Assembly (NCBI GenBank): GCA_946186925.1
Contig: CAMHPA010000010.1
Location: forward strand, 2,595 to 66,594
Reading direction: 5' to 3'
From: an uncultured Bacteroidota bacterium
GTDB taxonomy: Bacteria; Bacteroidota; Bacteroidia; Bacteroidales; SZUA-534
Length of the DNA stretch: 64,000 bases
Under the pieces are notes generated by a model. The model was given only the letters and a program-made list of their open reading frames with translations, searched no databases and had not been told where the DNA came from. Shown here one piece after another: positions 37,901 to 45,386 of the stretch (positions within the stretch are counted from its first letter, which is position 1; every line of letters begins with the position of its first letter). Made by a program: the position numbers and the translations under genes.

Positions 37901-40900
37901 TGACAAACACCACTGAGACCATAACGGTTACATCAGATTTGAGTCTTACGGCTGAATTTGCAATAAAAACGTACACAGTTACATTGTCGGCAAACAACAG
38001 TTCGTATGGAACAGTTGATGGTGGCGGAAGCATGGCCCATGGCTCAATAGCAACCATAACCGCCACACCAAAAACAGGTTACGAGTTTGTGAGATGGAGC
38101 AATGGCTCGACAAATGCCACAGAGACCATAACGGTTACATCAGATTTGAGTCTTACGGCTGAATTTGCGATAAAAATGTACACGGTGGCAGTGTCGGCAA
38201 ATAACAGCTCGTATGGAACAGTTGAGGGAGGCGGAAGCGTAGTCCACGGCTCAACTGCAACCATAACAGCCACACCAAAAACAGGTTACAAGTTTGTGAA
38301 ATGGAGCAATGGCTCAACAAACGCCACCGAGACCATAACGGTTACATCAGATTTGAGTCTTACGGCAGAATTTGCCCCCAAAACGTGCATTGTTACATTG
38401 GAAGTCAACAATATATCGTATGGCAGTGTGAGCGGTGGTGGCACCTTTACTGAAGGTTCAACTGTTACAATTACAGCTATACCTGCAGAAGGTTGCGAAT
38501 TTGTGAAATGGAGCAACGGCCTGACAAACGCCATAGAAACCATTACAGTAACAAAGGACACTACTCTTATTGCTGAATTTTTCAAAAGCGATGTGGCCAT
38601 ACCTGATGATAACGAATGTTCGTTCTCTGTAAATCATTACACTGGCTGTTACGCAGCTGAAATGGCTAATTTCATTGGTGGCAAAGATGTTACCATCCCC
38701 ACAAGCATGTATATCAATGATGAATTATATACAATTTCTAGTATTAGCAGTAAATGTTTCCAAAACAATACCAGTATTATATCGATTTTCATTCCTCCAA
38801 CTGTTACAGTTATTAGGGACAGCGCGTTTGTGGGATGCGAAAATATGGAAATTACTTGTGCATTCGATTCAAAACCAAGCTGTTGGAGCGATTCGTGGAA
38901 TCCTGATAATCTGCCTGTTGTTTGGGTGGGAATGGTTAGTAGCGAGGAACTTGACGCACCAACAGATTCAGTTACCTTCAGTTATATGTATTATCAGCAC
39001 AATCACACTGTAAGTTTGACTAAATATCATGGATATAGCAGCACAGTTGCTGTACCAGAAAAATTAATTGTCAATGGCGAGGAATACACGGTTACCAGCA
39101 TTGAATCCTCATGTTTCCAAAACAATAAGTTTATCGCATATCTATCTGTTCCTGCCACTGTCACCAGCATTGGCGATAGTGCGTTTGCAGGTTGCCGCAG
39201 TATGAAAATTGATTGCGCTTACAGCTCAAAACCAAGCGGTTGGAGCGATTCATGGAACCCCGACAACCTGCCAGTTGCTTGGGGAAACACACCGAGCGAC
39301 GAAAAACCTGATCCAGAAAAACCTGATCCTGAAAATCCGGCTGATGCATCCTTCTTTGCATTCACAATTATAAGCAGCAGCGACCACACGGTTGAGGTAG
39401 TAGGTTACAACGGCTCTATAACGGATATTTCAATCCCCGAAAAAGTCACTATCGAAGGTGTTGAGTACACTGTTACGAGTATAGGCAAAGAAGCATTTTG
39501 GGGAACCAACATTGTTTCCGTATTTATTCCGAAAACAATTACGAGCACATACATTTCGTTTAACGACTGTGTTAATTTGACCAGTATAAACGTCGATAAT
39601 GAGAATCCGGCCTACTCGTCGGAGAATGGAGTGCTGTTCAACAAGGATAAAACCACGTTGATATGCTGTCCGGCGGGAAAAACAGGAGATTACATTATCC
39701 CGTCAACTGTTACGGAAATTGCCGAAAGAGGTTTTAGAGCGTGTGCAGGTTTAACGTCAGTGACAATTCCGAATGGAGTTGCGAGCATTGGAGAGTTCGC
39801 ATTTGGAAGATGCACGGGTTTGACATCAATCGAGCTTCCCAATTCGCTGAAAACACTTCCAACAACAATGCTGGCCGGTTGCAGCAGTTTGGAGTCGGTC
39901 ACCTTTGGTAGCCAGGTTGAAACCATTGGCGAATACGCATTCCAGAAATGCTATAGTTTGACCCAAATAACAATTCCTGAAACAGTAAAAAGTATATGTG
40001 TTGCGGCATTCCATCAATGCACGGGATTGGATTCAATATACATACCAGCTTCTGTTACAACCATGCAGAAATGGGTGTTCCACGAATGCAGCAACCTCAC
40101 TATTTATTGCGAAGCCGCATCGGAACCAGCAGGCTGGGACGGCAGTTGGAACTCAAGCGACAGACCAGTTGTTTGGGGAAAATCCTCGGGTAATAATAAC
40201 GAAGAGCTCAATCCAGAGGACTTCAATCCAGAGGACTTCACATACGGCATTATCAGTTTTAGCAAGATGACGGTTGAAATAGATGGCTACAACGGAACAA
40301 GCTCCAATATTGTGATTCCGTCGACAGTTGTTTTGGGAGGTGATGAATTCACAATCGTCTCCATTGCTGACGAAACGTTCAAGGACTGCGACAATCTAAT
40401 ATCGGTAACTCTTCCGAGCACTATAACAAGCATTGGCGATGCCGCGTTCCAAAATTGCAGCAACTTGGAGTCGGTGTCGCTTCCAAACACAATCGAATCT
40501 ATTGGAGCTTGCACGTTTGCTGAGTGCGGTAGTCTGACATCAGTTGAAATACCTAATAGTGTTACGTTTATCGGCAACAGCGCTTTCGCGGAATCGGGAT
40601 TGACATCGGTTGTTATTCCTAATTCAGTCACAGAAATAAGCAGTTATGCGTTCCGTGATTGTGCTGACTTGGCATCAGTTGAGATTCCGAATTCAGTTGC
40701 CACAATAGGAATGTGTGCTTTTGAAAACTGCTCGGAGCTGGGAACTGTTAAAATTCCAAGTTCAGTCAGCAGTATTGGCATAAAGGCGTTCGATGGTTGC
40801 GACAATGCCACATTTGAATGTGAAGTTGATGCAAAACCTGAAGGCTGGGATGAGTGGTGGAATTACGGCAACCAACCTGTCGTCTGGAGCAAAAACACAG

Positions 40901-41118
40901 CCGTTTCAGAATCGACAGAAATGGCAGTCAGCATCTACGCTCATGGCAATACCATTGTGGTTGAAAACGCCAATGCCGAAATCCGAGTTTATGACGCTAT
41001 GGGCAGAATGGTTGCAGAGACGCCTCATAGTGATGTCTTTACCGAAATCCGCGTGGATGGCACAGGCGTTTACATTGTAAAAACAGGAAGCACAGTGAAA
41101 CGGGTGCTTGTGAAATAG
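34927..41118 (+). CDS. giant BspA-type leucine-rich-repeat surface protein with Listeria-Bacteroides repeats and T9SS type A C-terminal domain
   Basis: The signal peptide is MRKFVTIALMAMLAGQAWAQ. There are dozens of LRR_5 units (IP.SVTSIG..AF..C..L). A cap motif GW(D/S)xxWNPDN(R/L)PV.W recurs five times. Five 69-aa repeats follow. The C-terminal IRVYDAMGRMVAE...GVYIVKTGSTVKRVLVK is CTD-like. Confidence 0.9.
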   Translation: MRKFVTIALMAMLAGQAWAQTSFTVNKLKYTVIDEENHYVSVNKSDYFPPNNLVIPETVVKEGVTYTIKSIVENAFKDYSFIESVSLPNTIESIGQGAFSGLAAIKSIDIPTSVSSIGANAFSGVTHLFYSGTATGSPWGAKHINGVLDENGVIYSDDSKNVIISYIGNNGSVTISGNVKLIDRDAFANCSKLKEVIISTTYNDESQYPQTPKIGDYAFSNCQNLERINLGDNILTIGNYAFSGCKKLTSIDIPQSAIYILSGVFMGCSSLTAINVAATNERYSYPQNKEGKTYTIPNSVTKLENKSFYCTNNLDTVIITGGVQTIEGATFQDARSIKSVVLFNSITKISSMTFYGCNSLESIAIPSSVKTIEDRAFYNCTKLKPIYIPTTVTSIGNNAFMNVQLIIYNGTATGSRWGAKAIIKGEADDDGFVYADEEYKQLVGYIGDETMIEIPATVTTIGDKTFSYCSGLRSIKIPNTVTSISNTAFQGCNQLDTLEIYVNSIGTEFSNITSLKSVYIGATVTNIATDAFSNCTNLEEVKFDANTIGTEFSQKTSLENVIIGNTVETIESGAFAGCTNLKTVEIPSTVTTIGDDAFMSVKNIVNNSQATGSPWGALNVGGVEDDSGFIFSDSQKTNLVGYVGAGGDITIPNTVVSIAEKAFVNCGNLTSVTISSTVASIALDVFSGCGNLTTIDVASDNTNYSAANGILFNKDKTTIIRCLEAKSGTYTVPNTVTRISDSAFYNCKKITSITLADNLVGIGRGAFAGCAQLKFNNQSNASYLGKTGNNYFALIAAISADITECTINSNCKVIAEDAFQNCSSLSEITIPTSVTSINKNAFKGCSSLTIKCKAVSQPTGWDNQWNPDNRPVEWTKQWTVTVAANNSAYGNVSGGEVVIDGSTATITATPNTGYKFVKWSNGSTNATETITVTSDLSLTAEFAIKTYTVTVAANNSSYGTVEGGGSISHGSTATITATPNTGYKFVKWSNGLTNTTETITVTSDLSLTAEFAIKTYTVTLSANNSSYGTVDGGGSMAHGSIATITATPKTGYEFVRWSNGSTNATETITVTSDLSLTAEFAIKMYTVAVSANNSSYGTVEGGGSVVHGSTATITATPKTGYKFVKWSNGSTNATETITVTSDLSLTAEFAPKTCIVTLEVNNISYGSVSGGGTFTEGSTVTITAIPAEGCEFVKWSNGLTNAIETITVTKDTTLIAEFFKSDVAIPDDNECSFSVNHYTGCYAAEMANFIGGKDVTIPTSMYINDELYTISSISSKCFQNNTSIISIFIPPTVTVIRDSAFVGCENMEITCAFDSKPSCWSDSWNPDNLPVVWVGMVSSEELDAPTDSVTFSYMYYQHNHTVSLTKYHGYSSTVAVPEKLIVNGEEYTVTSIESSCFQNNKFIAYLSVPATVTSIGDSAFAGCRSMKIDCAYSSKPSGWSDSWNPDNLPVAWGNTPSDEKPDPEKPDPENPADASFFAFTIISSSDHTVEVVGYNGSITDISIPEKVTIEGVEYTVTSIGKEAFWGTNIVSVFIPKTITSTYISFNDCVNLTSINVDNENPAYSSENGVLFNKDKTTLICCPAGKTGDYIIPSTVTEIAERGFRACAGLTSVTIPNGVASIGEFAFGRCTGLTSIELPNSLKTLPTTMLAGCSSLESVTFGSQVETIGEYAFQKCYSLTQITIPETVKSICVAAFHQCTGLDSIYIPASVTTMQKWVFHECSNLTIYCEAASEPAGWDGSWNSSDRPVVWGKSSGNNNEELNPEDFNPEDFTYGIISFSKMTVEIDGYNGTSSNIVIPSTVVLGGDEFTIVSIADETFKDCDNLISVTLPSTITSIGDAAFQNCSNLESVSLPNTIESIGACTFAECGSLTSVEIPNSVTFIGNSAFAESGLTSVVIPNSVTEISSYAFRDCADLASVEIPNSVATIGMCAFENCSELGTVKIPSSVSSIGIKAFDGCDNATFECEVDAKPEGWDEWWNYGNQPVVWSKNTAVSESTEMAVSIYAHGNTIVVENANAEIRVYDAMGRMVAETPHSDVFTEIRVDGTGVYIVKTGSTVKRVLVK
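37558..38592 (+). repeat. five in-frame tandem 207-nt repeats (69-aa Listeria-Bacteroides/Flg_new-type domains)
   Basis: Units start at 37558, 37765, 37972, 38179 and 38386. Copies 1-4 are near-identical (YTVTVAANNSSYGTVEGGG...TGYKFVKWSNGSTNATETITVTSDLSLTAEFAIKT) and copy 5 is diverged. The antisense ORFs in the track also recur every 207 nt. Confidence 0.95.
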
Positions 41119-41176
41119 GTTCGTGGGGTAGAGGCGTGAAAGTATCGTCTCTGTAAGCGAATCGTTGATATAATAA

Positions 41177-41226
41177 ACAAAAAAGTCGGGCGGTTAGATT
41201 TGATCTGACCACCCAACTTTTTGTTT
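41177..41226. terminator. bidirectional hairpin terminator between convergent genes
   Basis: The stem aagtcgggcgg / ccacccaactt pairs at 9 of 11 positions. It is flanked by an A-run upstream and a T-run downstream. Confidence 0.6.
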
Positions 41227-41296
41227 GATATACAGCTGATTGATAGCTAATTAAACTTAAGCTCTTTATAATTATCCAATCGCTAAAGCCTAAATC

Positions 41297-42487
41297 TTAT
41301 CTGTTAAACATAACCTTCTCATTATTAAACATTTTTGTCAGCACCAAAACGGCGCACACCGTGTAGGCAATGTTTGCGCCGATGGTGACAACGGCGTTCA
41401 GCAATGCTAGTTCGTGCTGCAGCAGGGCTGTCATTGCGAGTGTTGAGTTGTAGAACGGAATCAGATAGACGGCAGTGTTGGTGGAAATGTCGCTGCTAAG
41501 CATTGAAATAATGCCAAGGAACACCATTACAAGCATTAGCGGCATACAGAGCGACGCGGCGTTTTTCACGTCTTTGGCCAATGTCGACAGAATGCTCACA
41601 ATGGCCGCCATAATCAGCACCGTGCTGATAATTATGGCAAACAGAACGATGTAATCGCTGGTGCCGTAGTTGAACGATACGGCGCCGCCCATTCCGCCAA
41701 TCATATTGGGCAGCGACAGCACAATGCCGATGAAACTAGAAATGGCGCTCAACAGCGATATTCCGCTGATTGCCACAATCTTGCCGAAAGCCAACTCGCT
41801 GCGGTGCATTGGGGTGACAAGCAGCGTGGCAATGGTGCCGCGTTCCTTCTCGCCTGCAATCGAGTTCTGCGCCACCGTCATTACGCCGCTGAAAAGCATA
41901 ATCAGAATCAGCATTGGCAGCAGACGGCCGAGAATCTGTCCGCTCACCTGCTCGTCGTTGGCCTGGTTGAAGCGCACGTCGGGGCTGTCGGCGCGGTTGA
42001 TGTCGAAGCGGTTGCCTATCGACTCTTCGTACCCGCCAAGCGCACCGCAGATTATCGAGTAGATGCGCTGCGTGGCTTCGTTGGTCGAGTTGTAGTAAAT
42101 CTCGATGTTTGGCGCGGGCGTGCTGTCGGCGGTGGTATAGGTGCTCACCGCGGCGTCGAAATCGGCGGGGAAGCGCACAAGCACCGTGTTGACATTCTTG
42201 TCTTTAAGCGCGTCAATTTCGGCTTGACCGAAGGCGCTCTGGCTAAGCGTGACGTTGCCGCTCAACGCGTTGAACGACTGCGCGACGCTCTGCGGCAGAT
42301 TGTCAACCTGGACGGTAACACTCTCTTCGCGGTTCTGCTGCGTCAATTTGTCGGCACTCGAGCCCATAAAACTGTAAATGAAATAGATGAGCAGGCCTGG
42401 CAGGATGATTGTGGTGAACATAAGTTGACGGTCGCGGAAGACACGGTCAAACTCTTTCTTTATGATTGTCAATACGTTACTTTTCAT
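41297..42487 (-). CDS. ABC-2 type exporter permease (NatB-like)
   Basis: It has one N-terminal TM helix, a large external loop and five C-terminal TM helices. Its start overlaps the ATPase gene by 4 nt. Confidence 0.8.
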   Translation of the reverse strand: MKSNVLTIIKKEFDRVFRDRQLMFTTIILPGLLIYFIYSFMGSSADKLTQQNREESVTVQVDNLPQSVAQSFNALSGNVTLSQSAFGQAEIDALKDKNVNTVLVRFPADFDAAVSTYTTADSTPAPNIEIYYNSTNEATQRIYSIICGALGGYEESIGNRFDINRADSPDVRFNQANDEQVSGQILGRLLPMLILIMLFSGVMTVAQNSIAGEKERGTIATLLVTPMHRSELAFGKIVAISGISLLSAISSFIGIVLSLPNMIGGMGGAVSFNYGTSDYIVLFAIIISTVLIMAAIVSILSTLAKDVKNAASLCMPLMLVMVFLGIISMLSSDISTNTAVYLIPFYNSTLAMTALLQHELALLNAVVTIGANIAYTVCAVLVLTKMFNNEKVMFNR

Positions 42488-43254
42488 TCTTCGTTCCCTT
42501 TCACTTCTTTATAGAGTTCAAAAAAGCGGTCTTCGAGTTGCAGACCGTTGCACACTTCGCTGAGCGAGCCGCAAGCCACCATTCGGCCGTCGATAATCAC
42601 GCCCACGCGGTCGCACAGACGCTCGACAAGGCTGAAAATGTGGGTGCTCAGGATTATCGTCTTGCCCTTGGCGCGCAGTTCCTGAAGAAAATCGGTGACG
42701 GTGCGCGCCGTGAGCACGTCGAGTCCGTTGGTGGGCTCGTCGAAGATGATGATGTCGGGGTCGTGCACGAGCGAGATGACTATCGACACCTTCTGCTTCA
42801 TACCCGTTGAAAGGTTGGCCACCTTCACTTCGGCAAAGCGGTCGATGCCGAAACGGCTGAACAACTGCTCTTTACGCTCGCGGGCCACTTCGGGGCTGAC
42901 GCCGTGCAACTGGCTGAAAAAGTCGAACAGATAGTTCGGCGTGAAGAAGTCTTCGAGTTTGAGTTCCGATGTCAGGAAAGCGATTTTCGAGCGCACCTTT
43001 TCGGGTTCGTCAACCACGCTGACGCCGTCGAAAAAGGCGTTGCCGCTGTCGGGGCGGATGAGCGTTGATAGAATGCGCAGCGTGGTGGTCTTGCCCGCGC
43101 CGTTGGGGCCAAGCAAGCCGAAAATCTCGCCGCGCCGAGCGGTGAACGAAAGGTCGCTGACCGCCGTTTTCTGCTTCGTGCCCTCAATTTTCTGCTGCTT
43201 GAGCGAGAGTTTGAAGGTCTTGCAGAGATTGTTAACTGTTAGTAAATCAGACAT
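42484..43254 (-). CDS. ABC transporter ATP-binding protein (NatA-like)
   Basis: Walker A is [12 protein letters not shown], the signature is LSTGMKQK, and Walker B is [12 protein letters not shown]. Confidence 0.92.
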   Translation of the reverse strand: MSDLLTVNNLCKTFKLSLKQQKIEGTKQKTAVSDLSFTARRGEIFGLLGPNGAGKTTTLRILSTLIRPDSGNAFFDGVSVVDEPEKVRSKIAFLTSELKLEDFFTPNYLFDFFSQLHGVSPEVARERKEQLFSRFGIDRFAEVKVANLSTGMKQKVSIVISLVHDPDIIIFDEPTNGLDVLTARTVTDFLQELRAKGKTIILSTHIFSLVERLCDRVGVIIDGRMVACGSLSEVCNGLQLEDRFFELYKEVKGNEE

Positions 43255-43373
43255 TTTGCTTAAAGTTTTGAGTTTTAAGTTTTTTCCGAAGGTAGTAGTT
43301 TGGTTTAAAGTTTAACGAGTTGAACAGGTTTAAAGTGATTTTAACGTGTAAATATCACAGGTTAATATCTTTT

Positions 43374-44345
43374 TCAAGCAAAATCACTTTCTGTAGTTAA
43401 TTTCCCCTCACAAACCGCCTTCAATCGGCTGCTGTCGAACGCCTCGCGGATATTCCAGCCGAATTTCTTGCGGAAAATGAAGTAGAGAGCCACAGATATT
43501 AGAATTTCTAAAGCAGGAATAAGCAACAATGTGTCCGATGCGAAATCTTTTGTGACTGTGAAGAGCGGCGAAGAGCCATACTCGTTGCCCTCAACGGCAA
43601 ACAACGTGAACCCCATAAAATTGTGGGCAAAATGCATTCCCCACGAGAATTCGATTCCATCGTTTAAAATTGTGAAAAATCCAAACATTAGACTGCCTGT
43701 CAGATAGACAACCATTGCGCGTATGAATCCGAAGTCGGAAACCTCGTTGTTGTTGCAGTGCAACAGAGCGAAGATAAGCGTCACAATCACCAGCGCCCAG
43801 ATTTTGCTTTTGGTGCAGAGCCCGAAGCCAGGCAGTAGGTAGCCGCGCATTATCAGTTCCTCGCAGCCCGTTTGGAAAGGCGCAAAAATCACTGCCAGCA
43901 AAAGACCGACAAAGAATTTCGTGGCGCTGAAATGGAAGGTGAAAGCATCGGGGCTGACAATGGCCAACAGCGTCCAAAAGATTAAAAGACAAACGAAATA
44001 GACGCCTGCCGCGCCAAAGAAACGGTCGGCACGGAACCGACGGTCGCCCGAAATCATCGTCATCGGCTCGCGCTTGTGGAACGGCTTGAACAGAAGCCAC
44101 ATCAGGCCAACCCAGAACACGAATGTAAGCATCAGAACCAAGAATCCTGTTTGTGAATTCAGATTGATAAGACCCGCCAACTGTTCAGGGCTGAAATTGC
44201 CTTCACTCATTTTTTTCACAACCAATCCCGCAATATAAATGATTGACGGAATTTGCGCCGCAATGAAAGCGATTGCCATCACTGCCACATACCGCAGCCA
44301 GTGGTTTTTGCCCTCGTGGGCGTTTTCAAAAAAGTTCATAATCAA
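43374..44345 (-). CDS. CPBP family intramembrane glutamic endopeptidase (CAAX protease/Abi-like)
   Basis: It is polytopic and carries the motifs EELIMRGYL, FALLH and HFAHN. Confidence 0.88.
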   Translation of the reverse strand: MIMNFFENAHEGKNHWLRYVAVMAIAFIAAQIPSIIYIAGLVVKKMSEGNFSPEQLAGLINLNSQTGFLVLMLTFVFWVGLMWLLFKPFHKREPMTMISGDRRFRADRFFGAAGVYFVCLLIFWTLLAIVSPDAFTFHFSATKFFVGLLLAVIFAPFQTGCEELIMRGYLLPGFGLCTKSKIWALVIVTLIFALLHCNNNEVSDFGFIRAMVVYLTGSLMFGFFTILNDGIEFSWGMHFAHNFMGFTLFAVEGNEYGSSPLFTVTKDFASDTLLLIPALEILISVALYFIFRKKFGWNIREAFDSSRLKAVCEGKLTTESDFA

Positions 44346-44385
44346 AAGTTTTAAGTTTAAAGTTTAACAAGTTTGAAGTTTAGAC

Positions 44386-44409
44386 GTAGGGACGTGGCGC
44401 GCCGCGTCC
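44386..44409. repeat. second copy of the GC-rich palindromic element GTAGGGACGTGGCGCGCCGCGTCC
   Basis: 22 of 23 nt are identical to 15609-15631. The element is intergenic, lying between the CPBP gene start and the stop of the upstream minus-strand gene. Confidence 0.8.
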
Positions 44410-44456
44410 GTACTGTATTTAATTTAAATAAAATCATAAATCACCAACACCTTAAA

Positions 44457-45269
44457 TCACAATTCATTCCCCTTCACCGCAATCGCAGGGCAGACGGGCA
44501 CTTTCTTTATCTCGCCGTTAATCAGCCCTTTACGGAAATAGCCGCTTTTCATACTTGCGTCGAGCATAAGCGTGCCTTCGCCGTCGCTGTCCACCATTGA
44601 CACGCTTAAATAGTACTCTGTGCCGCGTTTCAGCCACAGAATGTCGGTCGGCTCAACACTGAGCGTGAAATCTTTATTTGATTGTTGCACAGTCTGATAA
44701 ATCGGTTTCTGAAGAACATTGACAAGTTGGCTGTCGCGTTTCTCGTATAGGTTGAAACTCAACTTGCACTCTTTGTAAGTACATTTTTTAATGTCTAATA
44801 GTATGTTGCTGATAATGAAATCTTTATCAGGCGTGAACATTGGTCCGCCTCCGGGGCCGTCGGGGGTGCCGCGCCCCGTGAGCACGCAACTGCCTGGCAT
44901 TGGCATTCCGCGGCCCACAATGGTTTTGGGCTTGCTCTGTTTCCCAACCGTAACTTCGGGCAGCACTATCATTTTGTCTTTCAAAACGATAGTCAGTTCG
45001 TTGCCTGCCGAATATGTCTCAAACGGGATTTCTATCGGCAGATACGATACGTGGCTGAAAACTAACGTGTTAGTGCGTCCTGCGGGGATTTTCAGCGAGA
45101 AATGCCCGTCGCCGTCCGAAATGGTGCCCACGCTGTCGCGATTGAATCCGATGCTGACATATTCAACCTTTTCGCCGCGCTCGTTCAGAATGTTTCCGCT
45201 GACTGTGGTTTGCCCAAAACCGATTATCGGCATTGCGGCGAATATCATTATTAATGGTAATAGTTTCAT
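44457..45269 (-). CDS. carboxypeptidase-regulatory-like (CarboxypepD_reg) domain protein, secreted
   Basis: The signal peptide is MKLLPLIMIFAAMPIIGFGQ. It is followed by TVSGNILNERGEKVEYVSIGF...GTISDGDGHFSLKIP. The internal ATG at 45269 is preferred. Confidence 0.65.
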   Translation of the reverse strand: MKLLPLIMIFAAMPIIGFGQTTVSGNILNERGEKVEYVSIGFNRDSVGTISDGDGHFSLKIPAGRTNTLVFSHVSYLPIEIPFETYSAGNELTIVLKDKMIVLPEVTVGKQSKPKTIVGRGMPMPGSCVLTGRGTPDGPGGGPMFTPDKDFIISNILLDIKKCTYKECKLSFNLYEKRDSQLVNVLQKPIYQTVQQSNKDFTLSVEPTDILWLKRGTEYYLSVSMVDSDGEGTLMLDASMKSGYFRKGLINGEIKKVPVCPAIAVKGNEL

Positions 45270-45386
45270 TGTTAAAAGTTTTATTGTTTCTAACCGATTT
45301 AATCCGATTTTAACCGATAACATATTGTATTTCAGATTTATGTGAACGGGATAAATCGCGTCACTACATTATAATTCCTAAATATT

